From an uncultured archaeon (GTDB lineage: Archaea > Thermoplasmatota > Thermoplasmata > Thermoplasmatales > Thermoplasmataceae), in NCBI GenBank assembly GCA_000965745.1, contig CP009479.1:480001-544000 (forward strand): a stretch of 64,000 nt of DNA, in the 5' to 3' direction. The notes below the pieces were generated by a model. The model was not told where the DNA came from and did no database searches. It was given only the letters and a program-made list of their open reading frames with translations. Positions 10,345 to 19,174 of the stretch are shown in pieces (within the stretch, counting starts at the first letter, position 1; every line of letters starts with the position of its first letter). The position numbers were made by a program, and so were the translations under genes.

Positions 10345-10536
10345 TCAGTGGCTCCAAGGCATTTTCTGGTTCAGATGGCTCAGTACAGCATGCGCGTGCG
10401 TCCAGGCGGGTACATGCTGCATAGCCTCCACGAGTACATGAGCGTTTCCTGTAGCTACTGCCGTAGCCCCTGCTGCGGCTGCGATACCTACTCCACTTGC
10501 TACAACCTTAGCAAGGGCCAAACCTGTCAGAGTCAT
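10345..10536 (-). CDS. Small hypothetical protein, 63 aa, hydrophobic Ala/Gly-rich N-terminus and His-rich C-terminus
   Basis: ATG 10536: MTLTGLALAKVVASGVGIAAAAGATAVATGNAHVLVEAMQHVPAWTHAHAVLSHLNQKMPWSH. Confidence 0.5.
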   Translation of the reverse strand: MTLTGLALAKVVASGVGIAAAAGATAVATGNAHVLVEAMQHVPAWTHAHAVLSHLNQKMPWSH

Positions 10537-10704
10537 ATTCCAAAAAATGTAAAGCAGATGAAATGTCTTGTGGTACAAATTGACGGAACGCCCGATACAT
10601 GGACTTTCTCTTGACTCCTGTGGCAATGTTGTTGTGACCTCTTCCCCCATTTCCCGAAGTGGGCTTCCCCTGGAGTTAAAAATGCATGCTGATCCGTTAC
10701 AGGA

Positions 10705-11046
10705 TCAGAATGATATCGGAATATATCCATCATTGACAAAGGCTGCCAGCCTCTCGCCCGATGGTTTCAGTTCCACGCCTCTGGCAACAATCGACTCATC
10801 CATGGACGCTTTCTTGGCAAAATTGCTGCAGGCCGAATCTATGAGTTTGTTTGTTATGAGGTAATCGATCACCGATCTCACTTCCGGGGTTTCATCGAAA
10901 ACAAGCTTTTCACTTGGTCCCTGAAGAATTACCTTAACGTCTTCAAAGCGCTTGAACTCGTGCGATCTTCGCGCAACGTTCAGACCCATGATAGCTCTCT
11001 TCAAGTCATCCTCTACCGCGATTATATAGAAAAGTGCTTTTTTCAT
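10705..11046 (-). CDS. DsrE/DsrF-like family protein
   Basis: VKVILQGPSE, ACSNFAKK, DGYIPISF; typical size. Confidence 0.75.
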   Translation of the reverse strand: MKKALFYIIAVEDDLKRAIMGLNVARRSHEFKRFEDVKVILQGPSEKLVFDETPEVRSVIDYLITNKLIDSACSNFAKKASMDESIVARGVELKPSGERLAAFVNDGYIPISF

Positions 11047-11142
11047 TGCGATCACAGGATAATGGCAGATGTGTTAATACTTTTGAGACTCCGCGCCATT
11101 CAGGCGGCTGTGGATTATGAAAAAAGTTAAACGTTTTCTTCA

Positions 11143-11586
11143 ATGGGCATGAGTATGATATATTTTGCATTCGGCTCGAATATGAATTTGGAACAGATGA
11201 GTGAAAGGTGCAAAAACAGCAGGTTCATTTCTTCAGGAGCCCTGGAAAAATTCAGGTTCGTGTACGATGGTTACTCGACCAGATGGCACGGGGCCGTGGG
11301 GAATATAGTGCCTTCCAACGGGCACAGGGTCCTTGGAGGCCTCTTCGAAGTGACCGAGGAAGATCTGGATGCCCTTGACTGTTATGAGGGATATCCCACC
11401 CGATATCAGAAAATAGAACTGCCTGTCACTTCAAAGGATGGCACTGAGATGAAGGCGATTGCATATTTCAGGGAAGGTGAAAAGGAGGGCTTGCCATCAG
11501 AGGATTACATGAACGCAGTTATGCAAGGTGCGGTGGATTGCGGCCTTCCAGAAGAATATATAGAGGAGTTCCTCAGGAAAAATTAG
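11143..11586 (+). CDS. Gamma-glutamylcyclotransferase (GGCT/AIG2-like)
   Basis: YFAFGSNM and LDCYEG motifs. Confidence 0.85.
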   Translation: MGMSMIYFAFGSNMNLEQMSERCKNSRFISSGALEKFRFVYDGYSTRWHGAVGNIVPSNGHRVLGGLFEVTEEDLDALDCYEGYPTRYQKIELPVTSKDGTEMKAIAYFREGEKEGLPSEDYMNAVMQGAVDCGLPEEYIEEFLRKN

Positions 11587-11641
11587 GCTGGACCTTTTCC
11601 CTCACGAATGCTTGAAAAAGTAGCATTGTTAAGTTTGGGCA

Positions 11642-12586
11642 TCAGTCCATTGCCATACTTTCAAAAGAATCCACGTTATGAATGTCCATCTCCCAGTTTT
11701 TAAATTCCCTGATCATCTCATACGCTACAGCGAAGAATTCTGGAAGGATCATATCCGGGACGACTGTTGCAATTGAGAAAGTGTTGCCGTGGAGTTTTTG
11801 CGGCATTCCCATTGTGACCACTGAATTATCCGAAGTGTTGCTTACCAGATACTGTATGATAGGGTTGGTAAAGGACGTCTCATATATTCTGGAATCCTTG
11901 GATATTTCGTTGAGCCAGTCTTCCTTTGCTCGAAGTAGGGCATTTCTGTCATAGTATACAGCCCTTATCTCATCCTCAACCAGGTATTTCATCTCCCTGG
12001 TCCAACTTACACCCAGATTCATGAGGACAGGATCGTCGAATACTCTCATGAAACTTGGAGGAACTGTGCCGTTAATCTCCACGTAGCTAAGGGGAACCAT
12101 TGTTGAAATTTCCCTGAATGTTGATACGATTCCGGGGCTCTTTCCAAGAAACCTTATGGCAAAGCGGTCGAATCCAACAATATCAGATCTGAGTGCCGAT
12201 GTCAGCTTTGCCTCGTCAGCTGAATGGAACCTGAAATAAATGTAATAGTAGCCTCCGCTGAAGATTACGGCATCCATCACTACAGAAGGGACCTTGTTTA
12301 AAGACTTGAAGCCTGCAAGGAAATAAGGGCTTGGCGAGTCCACCTTCAGAGTTACTGCGTCCAGGGTAACGTTAGGGCTGAACTCCTTGAGAGATTCCTG
12401 GATCTCCGCCTTGGTAAAGTCCTCGTTCTCAATGTTGAAAATTGCGTAACCGCCATCTTTGGTTACCCTCATCCTGACAATCGCAGTCAGATCGTTGTCA
12501 GTCAGAAATTCCTCAATCTTTGTACCAGCAGTAAATGATATTATTCCCTGCCTGTCAAGCATGTTGTTGATGTCTTTTATTATCAT
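11642..12586 (-). CDS. Hypothetical protein (soluble alpha/beta; resembles a Thermoplasmatales paralogue family)
   Basis: Long clean ORF; probable start ATG 12586; FRFHS...YLGxSPG-type motif; no function recognised. Confidence 0.6.
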   Translation of the reverse strand: MIIKDINNMLDRQGIISFTAGTKIEEFLTDNDLTAIVRMRVTKDGGYAIFNIENEDFTKAEIQESLKEFSPNVTLDAVTLKVDSPSPYFLAGFKSLNKVPSVVMDAVIFSGGYYYIYFRFHSADEAKLTSALRSDIVGFDRFAIRFLGKSPGIVSTFREISTMVPLSYVEINGTVPPSFMRVFDDPVLMNLGVSWTREMKYLVEDEIRAVYYDRNALLRAKEDWLNEISKDSRIYETSFTNPIIQYLVSNTSDNSVVTMGMPQKLHGNTFSIATVVPDMILPEFFAVAYEMIREFKNWEMDIHNVDSFESMAMD

Positions 12587-12660
12587 ACAAACAGAACGTG
12601 GATTAATGGAATATAGTTTTCGAATTTCAGATCTGGACAAGTGAGATCTTTCCTCCGAAA

Positions 12661-12918
12661 ATGCCTAGGTATGCAATGGGAATGATTGGAGCATTCAATC
12701 CCACGACTGTATCTTTTATAGTTTCCGACTGGCCTCCACCTGGAAACATCGCTTTTTTGGGCGGAACCACAACATTATCGGGCTCATCACCATCATTCTA
12801 TGAATGGGTCGGAGCATGTTTTGCAGCAGGAGCTGTTGAATGTGTTGCCGCTGCAGCGTTGGCAAGGAGGAACGGGAGAACAGCCCGTAGGCTTCAGAAG
12901 GTCAGTGGTTTGCTTTAG
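12661..12918 (+). pseudogene. Possible C-terminal remnant of a membrane-anchored surface protein
   Basis: Ser/Thr/Gly linker, hydrophobic helix, then basic tail (LARRNGRTARR); no signal peptide. Confidence 0.3.
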
Positions 12919-13081
12919 AGAACGTTTAAACACTAATCCGCAGGCTGCCTGAACTGTTCTCAGATGGCCAAATCATTCTGATATCCAGTATAACCTGATC
13001 AAACACTTTCTGCAACTCGAACCTTTCCAGGAAAATCCAAAGAAGTATATGCAATCCTACATTGCTTCTCCTTGCCGGTAT

Positions 13082-13669
13082 ATGAATGAAAAGAATCCTA
13101 AGGTCGATGAATTCATAGGCAGGGCCGATAAGTGGCAGGAAGAATTTGGGAAGCTGAGATCGATTGTTCTCGACTGCCAGCTATCTGAGGAATTAAAGTG
13201 GGGCGTTCCGTGTTACACGGTCCGGGATAAGAACGTCGTCCTGATCCACGGCTTCAAAGATTACTGCGCGCTTCTTTTTTTCAAGGGAGCGCTGCTGCAC
13301 GATCCGAAGGACATCCTGGTACAGCAGACGGAAAATGTACAGGTTGCCCGCCAGATAAGATTCACGGGCGTCCATGATATAGATTACCTGGGGGCGGACT
13401 TGAAGGAATACATAAGAGAAGCTGTTGAAGTGGAAGAATCAGGTTTGAAGGTGGCGCTTAAGAAACCTTCAGAGTTCAAGGTCCCGGATGAATTTCAGAG
13501 CAAATTGAATGAGATTCCGGGCCTGAAGGCCGCTTTCGAAGCGCTGACGCCGGGGAGGCAAAGAGCCTACCTTTTCTATTTTGCTGTTCCAAAACAGTCC
13601 AAGACAAGAGAGTCAAGGATTGAGAAGTCCATTCAGCGGATTATGGATGGGAAGGGACTCAATGATTGA
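13082..13669 (+). CDS. YdeI/OmpD-associated family protein (DUF1801 + OmdA), bacterial-like
   Basis: NPKVDEFI, KWGVPCY, LIHGFKDYCALLFFKGALL, QTENVQ, LTPGRQRAY, KQSKTR. Confidence 0.88.
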   Translation: MNEKNPKVDEFIGRADKWQEEFGKLRSIVLDCQLSEELKWGVPCYTVRDKNVVLIHGFKDYCALLFFKGALLHDPKDILVQQTENVQVARQIRFTGVHDIDYLGADLKEYIREAVEVEESGLKVALKKPSEFKVPDEFQSKLNEIPGLKAAFEALTPGRQRAYLFYFAVPKQSKTRESRIEKSIQRIMDGKGLND

Positions 13670-13699
13670 GCGATTTTATATTTGCGGATCTTCCTGAAA

Positions 13700-13983
13700 T
13701 TTCTCGTTCCATTAACAAATCCTCAAGCAGCAATGAGATCTCAGTGTACTTGACCAACGGCACCTACCCATATTCGGTAACGGCGATTCCCAACTATTCT
13801 TCCACTAAAACATCGGGATACATCACTGTCAACGGCTCAAGTTTGACCGATTCCATAAATTTCTCCAGAGCCGGGGCAATTCCATTTTCCAGCCTGCTAA
13901 AGGAAGAAGCCCTTTCGCTGACCTTCACTGCCGCACTGGTATTCCTCACTGTCATGATTACAAGAAAAAGACAGAGAAGGTGA
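13700..13983 (+). pseudogene. C-terminal fragment of a thermopsin/S-layer-type surface glycoprotein
   Basis: SSSSNEISVYLTNGTYPYSV...SGYITVNG repeat unit, TM helix, RKRQRR tail; N-terminus missing. Confidence 0.6.
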
Positions 13984-15070
13984 TGAAGCAGGGAAGTGAT
14001 GGATCAGATCAGGGCGGAGTGGTATGAAAGATCTGAGCAGAGGAAAGCACACAGGAATGGCAAGAGGAAGAGATCACTGAAGACATCGGACGGCGATCTG
14101 ATGCTGGAGAAGCCCCAGATACCTGAGTTTCCATTCGAAACACAGGTATTTGACCGGTACAGCAGAGTCGAGAGAGCAGTTGAATCAGCAATCCTGGAAT
14201 CGTACATACAGGGTGTCTCAACAAGGAGAGTGAAGAGCATTGTTGAGACCCTTGGGATACGAAAAGTATCCCCGTCCTATGTCTCATCACTCTCCTCCGA
14301 TCTGGATCAAAAGGTGAAGGAATTCCTTGAGCGTCCCATAGAAAAGGAGATCAGGTACATGTATGTGGATGCCACATACATCAAGGTACGCCAGGATTCA
14401 AGGTACAAAAGCATGGCGCTGTACATTGCTGCTGGCGTGAGAGAGGATGGATACAGGGAAATCCTGGGAGCAAGGCTTTATGACTCTGAGACAGAAATCG
14501 ACTACGAATCATTCTTCGATGATCTTAAGGATCGCGGTCTGAGAGGCTTAGAGCTGGTGATATCAGATGGCCATAAGGGAATCAGGGAGGCTGTACTCCG
14601 ATCTTTTCCGGGTGCATCATGGCAGTTCTGCCATGTGCATTTCATCAGGAACCTGATGAAGAAGATTCCAAAGAAAAGATGGGGGTCAGTATCACTCATA
14701 GTGAAGGAATCACTTGAGAATCCTTCACTCATGCCTCTGGCACAGCAGGCATTGATGGATCATGGAATGGACAGGGCTGCTGAGATGTACGAGCGATGGT
14801 CGGATTCACTGTACAACTATCAGTCCTGTCCACAGCAGCACTGGCGCAGGATAAGAACAACAAACATGATGGAGCGTCTCAATTACGAGATCAAGCGTCG
14901 TACAAAGAAAGTGGGTGCGTTTCCATCTGAGAAAGCGTTGATCAGGTTGGCAGGAGCGGTGTTGATGGACGTGAATGAGGAGTGGATCACTGGGCGAAAG
15001 TATTTGAGAATGGAGGAGTTGCACGGTGGGGGAGTCCCTCTTTAATTTACAGCACTTGGTGCACATGACC
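13980..15070 (+). mobile_element. IS256-family element, 5'-truncated (transposase ORF 13996-15045)
   Basis: RNG, YVDATY, GYREILG, ISDGHKG, WQFCHVHF, TTNMMERLNYEIKRR; terminal-type sequence ATTTACAGCACTTGGTGCACATGACC ends at 15070; no left IR seen. Confidence 0.88.
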
Positions 15071-15455
15071 AAAATGTTAAAAGTTATTAGTGATATTTGT
15101 ACCAGTACTATTGTTGTTAAGTCTGGTAGGATATCCGATAGGGAGCAAAGAGTCTGGTCGGGCATTCGATGATCTTATTCACCTGGACTCGTCCATGATC
15201 AAAATCCTTCTCTCATTTCCTCCTTTCCCGACTATCAAATTCGCTGTTAGCAATGTTAAGAATGCTGAAGGCGTGTTAGGAATCCCTGTAAAAAGAATGG
15301 TGGATGGAAGAGAGGGTTCTGAAGAACAGAAGTGAGCCGGCGAAATGAATATATTTCTTAAGAAGAGCGCGTTTATTAAGAGTAATTGGAATCCATCGAT
15401 TGTAGTTTCAACATAGCAACGGAATCTGAAAACCCAAACACAGAAGTGGAGAATA

Positions 15456-18212
15456 ATGAAAATGACGCAAACTAACAGCCTCTTGCGCCGAGATGTCAGA
15501 TTACTCGGAAACTTGCTTGGAGAGGTCATAATTTCACAATGCGGACATGAGGTCTTTAACGATGTGGAAACGATTCGGCTCGCAGCCAAAAATTTGCGCA
15601 GCAGAAAAGATGAGGCAAGCCGCCGTTCGTTTGAAGAGAGAATAGGGCACATTCCCATGGAACACAGGGGGAAGGTTATCCGTGCGTTTTCGCTTTACTT
15701 TGAACTTGTCAACATTGCAGAACAAAATCATAGGATTCGAAGGCGAAGGGAATATGAGTTTGAATTTGAAAAACAAAACGTATCTGCCTCGTCCCGTGGA
15801 ACTTTCGGGAATGCCCTGAGCAGGCTTCGCCAGGGTGGTTTCAATGACGAGCAGATTGAGGAGTTGCTGCAGAATTTGGGGCTGGAACTGGTTTTTACGG
15901 CACACCCTACAGAAGCAATGCGTCGTACCGTACTGAACAAACACCGAAAAATTGCCACCATCCTCCAGACTTTTGATGACCCTTTGCTGACGAGTCGTCA
16001 GAGGTCAGAGGCAGAGAAGCGGCTGAGAGCTGAGATTGTTGGTCTATGGCAGACACGTCCTGTTCGCAAGCGGCGCATAACCGTTGACGATGAAGTCAAG
16101 AGTGGTTTGTATTTCCTTGGTGAAATACTGTTTGATGTACTTCCTTCCCTTCATCTCGAATTGGAGGAACAGCTGGCGGCCTATTATCCGGATCGTGAGT
16201 GGGAAGTTCCGCCTTTGGTGCGATTTGGATCCTGGATGGGGGGAGATCGTGACGGAAATCCGTCTGTCACAGCGGATGTGACCCTTCAAACTCTGATGCT
16301 TCACTTCGGTCTGGCCATGGACAAATACAGTGAGCGATTGAAATCGTTGCGGGATGATTTGAGCCAATCTTACGAGCTGGCAGGAGCGAGCAGCGAGCTG
16401 ATCACATCGTTGCAGGAAGAAGCTGTGCCGGATGAGCCATACCGAGCCAAGATTGATGCTATGCTTTCCAGGCTGGAAGCTACTAGATTGCTGCAGCATA
16501 GTGGTGGCCAGGAGCACCATAATGGAAATCCGTATCCTGGACCGGAATCGCTTCAGGCAGACCTGAAAATTCTGTCAGACTCACTTTATTCCAACAAGGG
16601 TGAGCTGGTTGCCGAAACAAAGGTCAAACCACTGCTGCATCAGGTTGAGGTATTCGGCTTTCATATTGCGACTCTTGACATACGCCAGCACAGTGAAGTT
16701 CATGAGAATACGATAGCCGAATGGATGCAGTTGGCACGCATCGGGGATTACCACGCCCTGAGCGAGAAAGAAAAAATTTCAGCCCTCACACGTTATCTCG
16801 AGGATCCAAGGCCACTCATAAGCCCCTTTGTTCAAGTAAGCGATGACAGCAAGGAGACGTCTGAAGTCTTTAACGTAATCAGGCAGGGCCAGGACCTGTT
16901 TGGATCCCAATCTGTCCAAAACTACCTTATCTCAATGACACGAGGACTTAGTGACGTAATGGAGGTGCTCCTGCTCGCGAAGCATGCCGGGCTCTTTAAC
17001 TGGGTTTCAAAGCAAGATGTTATGAGCCGCATCAACGTTGTTCCGCTCTTTGAAACCATTGAAGATTTGCGTGCGGCCCCGGGTATTGTAAAAAGTATGT
17101 TCGAAAATACTGTCTTCATGGGCCACATTAGGGCTCGGGGAAACAGTCAGGAGATTATGCTTGGGTATTCTGACAGCAACAAGGATGGTGGTTACCTGAC
17201 GGCAAACTGGGAGCTGTATAAAGCGCAGAAGAGCATCCTTCAGGTAGCAGAACGCCATGGCGTAAAACTCAAGATCTTTCATGGCCGAGGGGGTGCCCTG
17301 GGGCGTGGCGGAGGCCCCCTTTGGAGAAGCATCATGTCACAGCCCCCTGAAGCATCTGGGGGGCCTTTGAAAATCACTGAGCAAGGGGAAGTCATCTCCC
17401 AGAGATATGGGCACCCGGATATCGCCCGAAGGTCCCTCGAGACCGCAGTATCCACGCTTCTCGTAGGTGTTTTGAACAGGCAAGAAGAACATATGCGGGA
17501 TAAGGAGAAGGAATGGTCTGGAATTCTGGACAAGGTCTCACAGCTCTCGTATGAGGCATATCATCACTTTGTTTATGGCAATCCAGATTTCCTCACATAT
17601 TTTCACGAGGCTACCCCTATAGCAGAGATAGGCAAGCTGAATATTGGGTCACGCCCCTCCAGGCGCAAGGATTCCCCCTTGATCCAGGAATTGCGTGCTA
17701 TCCCCTGGGTGTTTTCCTGGACGCAGAACAGGCATCTGCTGCCGGCCTGGTATGGCTTTGGCACAGCTCTAGAAAAGGCTACAGATGGTGGTAAGATAGA
17801 TAGAAGAGCATTTGCTGACATGTACAGGGATTGGCCATTTTTCAAGTCCCTCATTGACAACCTCCAGATGGCTCTGGCCAAGGCTGACTTTCTGATTGCG
17901 CCAGAATATATTAGGCTGGTCTCGGATCAGGGTCTTACCCAGAGGGTGTTCACGAAAATCAGGGAAGAATACGATCTGACAAAGGCATGGGTTCTTGAAA
18001 TAACCGGCCTCAATGAACTTTTGGACAACGAGCAGGTAATTCAGGACTCCATCAGGCTGCGGAACCCGTATGTGGACCCATTGTCTTTCCTCCAGGTACT
18101 TTTGCTGCAAGAGGTTCGGAAGATAGAAGATGTTAAGGAAGAATCCGAGGAAATGCAAGAGGTGCTGCTTACCATCAACGGTATCGCTTCAGGAATGCGA
18201 AATACGGGCTGA
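15456..18212 (+). CDS. ppc: Phosphoenolpyruvate carboxylase, bacterial/plant type
   Basis: 918 aa; VFTAHPTE, GSWMGGDRDGNP, QEIMLGYSDSNKDGG, FHGRGGALGRGGGP, TEQGE, LRAIPWVFSWTQ, C-terminal MRNTG. Confidence 0.97.
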   Translation: MKMTQTNSLLRRDVRLLGNLLGEVIISQCGHEVFNDVETIRLAAKNLRSRKDEASRRSFEERIGHIPMEHRGKVIRAFSLYFELVNIAEQNHRIRRRREYEFEFEKQNVSASSRGTFGNALSRLRQGGFNDEQIEELLQNLGLELVFTAHPTEAMRRTVLNKHRKIATILQTFDDPLLTSRQRSEAEKRLRAEIVGLWQTRPVRKRRITVDDEVKSGLYFLGEILFDVLPSLHLELEEQLAAYYPDREWEVPPLVRFGSWMGGDRDGNPSVTADVTLQTLMLHFGLAMDKYSERLKSLRDDLSQSYELAGASSELITSLQEEAVPDEPYRAKIDAMLSRLEATRLLQHSGGQEHHNGNPYPGPESLQADLKILSDSLYSNKGELVAETKVKPLLHQVEVFGFHIATLDIRQHSEVHENTIAEWMQLARIGDYHALSEKEKISALTRYLEDPRPLISPFVQVSDDSKETSEVFNVIRQGQDLFGSQSVQNYLISMTRGLSDVMEVLLLAKHAGLFNWVSKQDVMSRINVVPLFETIEDLRAAPGIVKSMFENTVFMGHIRARGNSQEIMLGYSDSNKDGGYLTANWELYKAQKSILQVAERHGVKLKIFHGRGGALGRGGGPLWRSIMSQPPEASGGPLKITEQGEVISQRYGHPDIARRSLETAVSTLLVGVLNRQEEHMRDKEKEWSGILDKVSQLSYEAYHHFVYGNPDFLTYFHEATPIAEIGKLNIGSRPSRRKDSPLIQELRAIPWVFSWTQNRHLLPAWYGFGTALEKATDGGKIDRRAFADMYRDWPFFKSLIDNLQMALAKADFLIAPEYIRLVSDQGLTQRVFTKIREEYDLTKAWVLEITGLNELLDNEQVIQDSIRLRNPYVDPLSFLQVLLLQEVRKIEDVKEESEEMQEVLLTINGIASGMRNTG

Positions 18213-18706
18213 TTACGCCAGATTTAAGTGCTATGATTGGGAAGTGAAGCTCCGCTTTGGGCCGAGATTCTACCCGTTATTGAAATATCCTATCAGGTCG
18301 ATACCCCGAACAAACTTGAAGAGGTGACAGCTTAATGGGTTTTTCTCATCGAGATGAGCTTAAAGCTGATACTGTTGAATCAGGGATTTTCCAAGGTTCC
18401 AACCCATTTTTTGACAGGGGTTCAGAGAGCATTGTGATTCAAAACGTGGTTGTCAATAACGATTTACAACACATCATGAAATGCGCAAATCTGCTCTGAA
18501 ACCTCGGAGTTTTAGGCTTTCTTCTGTCACTGTTGGCTGGTTCCGTCAGTAGTCATCATATAAATTATTCCATCGCCCCCCCCACCTTTACTTCATATCC
18601 CCAACACAGTCCCTTCTGTGTTGTTATAAAAATATCTAAAAATTGAAAACTATTATAGATATCCGCCCTGCATGGATACTTTTTAAACGTCCGCCAGTTA
18701 TATTGA

Positions 18707-19174
18707 TCAGGAAGCCGTTACGTTCCTGTACATTCTCCCATACTGGCTAATGCTTTTGTGATAATGTCTTATTAGATGCAGGTTCAGCGTCAGTGCATTC
18801 ACATAACCTGTTCCGAAGAAGAACATGGTGAACTTTGTGTCGTTATTAATCTGCCTGTTGAAATATGCCATTGATATACCAGTCTCGTTGTGTATCCTGT
18901 GCGCTTGCATACTGGCGTTTGCCACTGTTATGTCCGGATCTATCCCTGAAGCCGAATCGGCCCTGATGTGGAACAAGTAGGGCGAATCTGTGGACTGCCC
19001 AACCAGGTATGATCCAACAGTAGTGTTGCTAAGGGTGGCTAGTGAGCCGTTGGCTTCATAATTGAAAGCTCCCTGGCCAACTCCCGTTACCACAACGGGA
19101 AATATGAATCCGCATATCATCACCATGGTTATAGCCAAGCCGAGCGGCCCCCTTATTATATCTTTTATTTTCAT
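18707..19174 (-). CDS. kdpC: K+-transporting ATPase subunit C
   Basis: N-terminal TM helix, ANGS, GSYLVGQ, SASGIDPDIT; ATGA overlap with the kdpB stop. Confidence 0.88.
   Translation of the reverse strand: MKIKDIIRGPLGLAITMVMICGFIFPVVVTGVGQGAFNYEANGSLATLSNTTVGSYLVGQSTDSPYLFHIRADSASGIDPDITVANASMQAHRIHNETGISMAYFNRQINNDTKFTMFFFGTGYVNALTLNLHLIRHYHKSISQYGRMYRNVTAS

Noticed and set aside
12807-12816. GGTCGGAGCA matching the tRNA-Glu 3' end as an att site
   Set aside because: Only 10 nt and inverted relative to the tRNA; att duplicates are direct repeats
15090-15335. 81-aa ORF between IS256 and ppc
   Set aside because: No recognisable motif or start signals; may be decayed sequence
18395-18420. 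IS-end-like sequence CCCATTTTTTGACAGGGG after ppc
   Set aside because: No partner inverted repeat or transposase remnant could be identified
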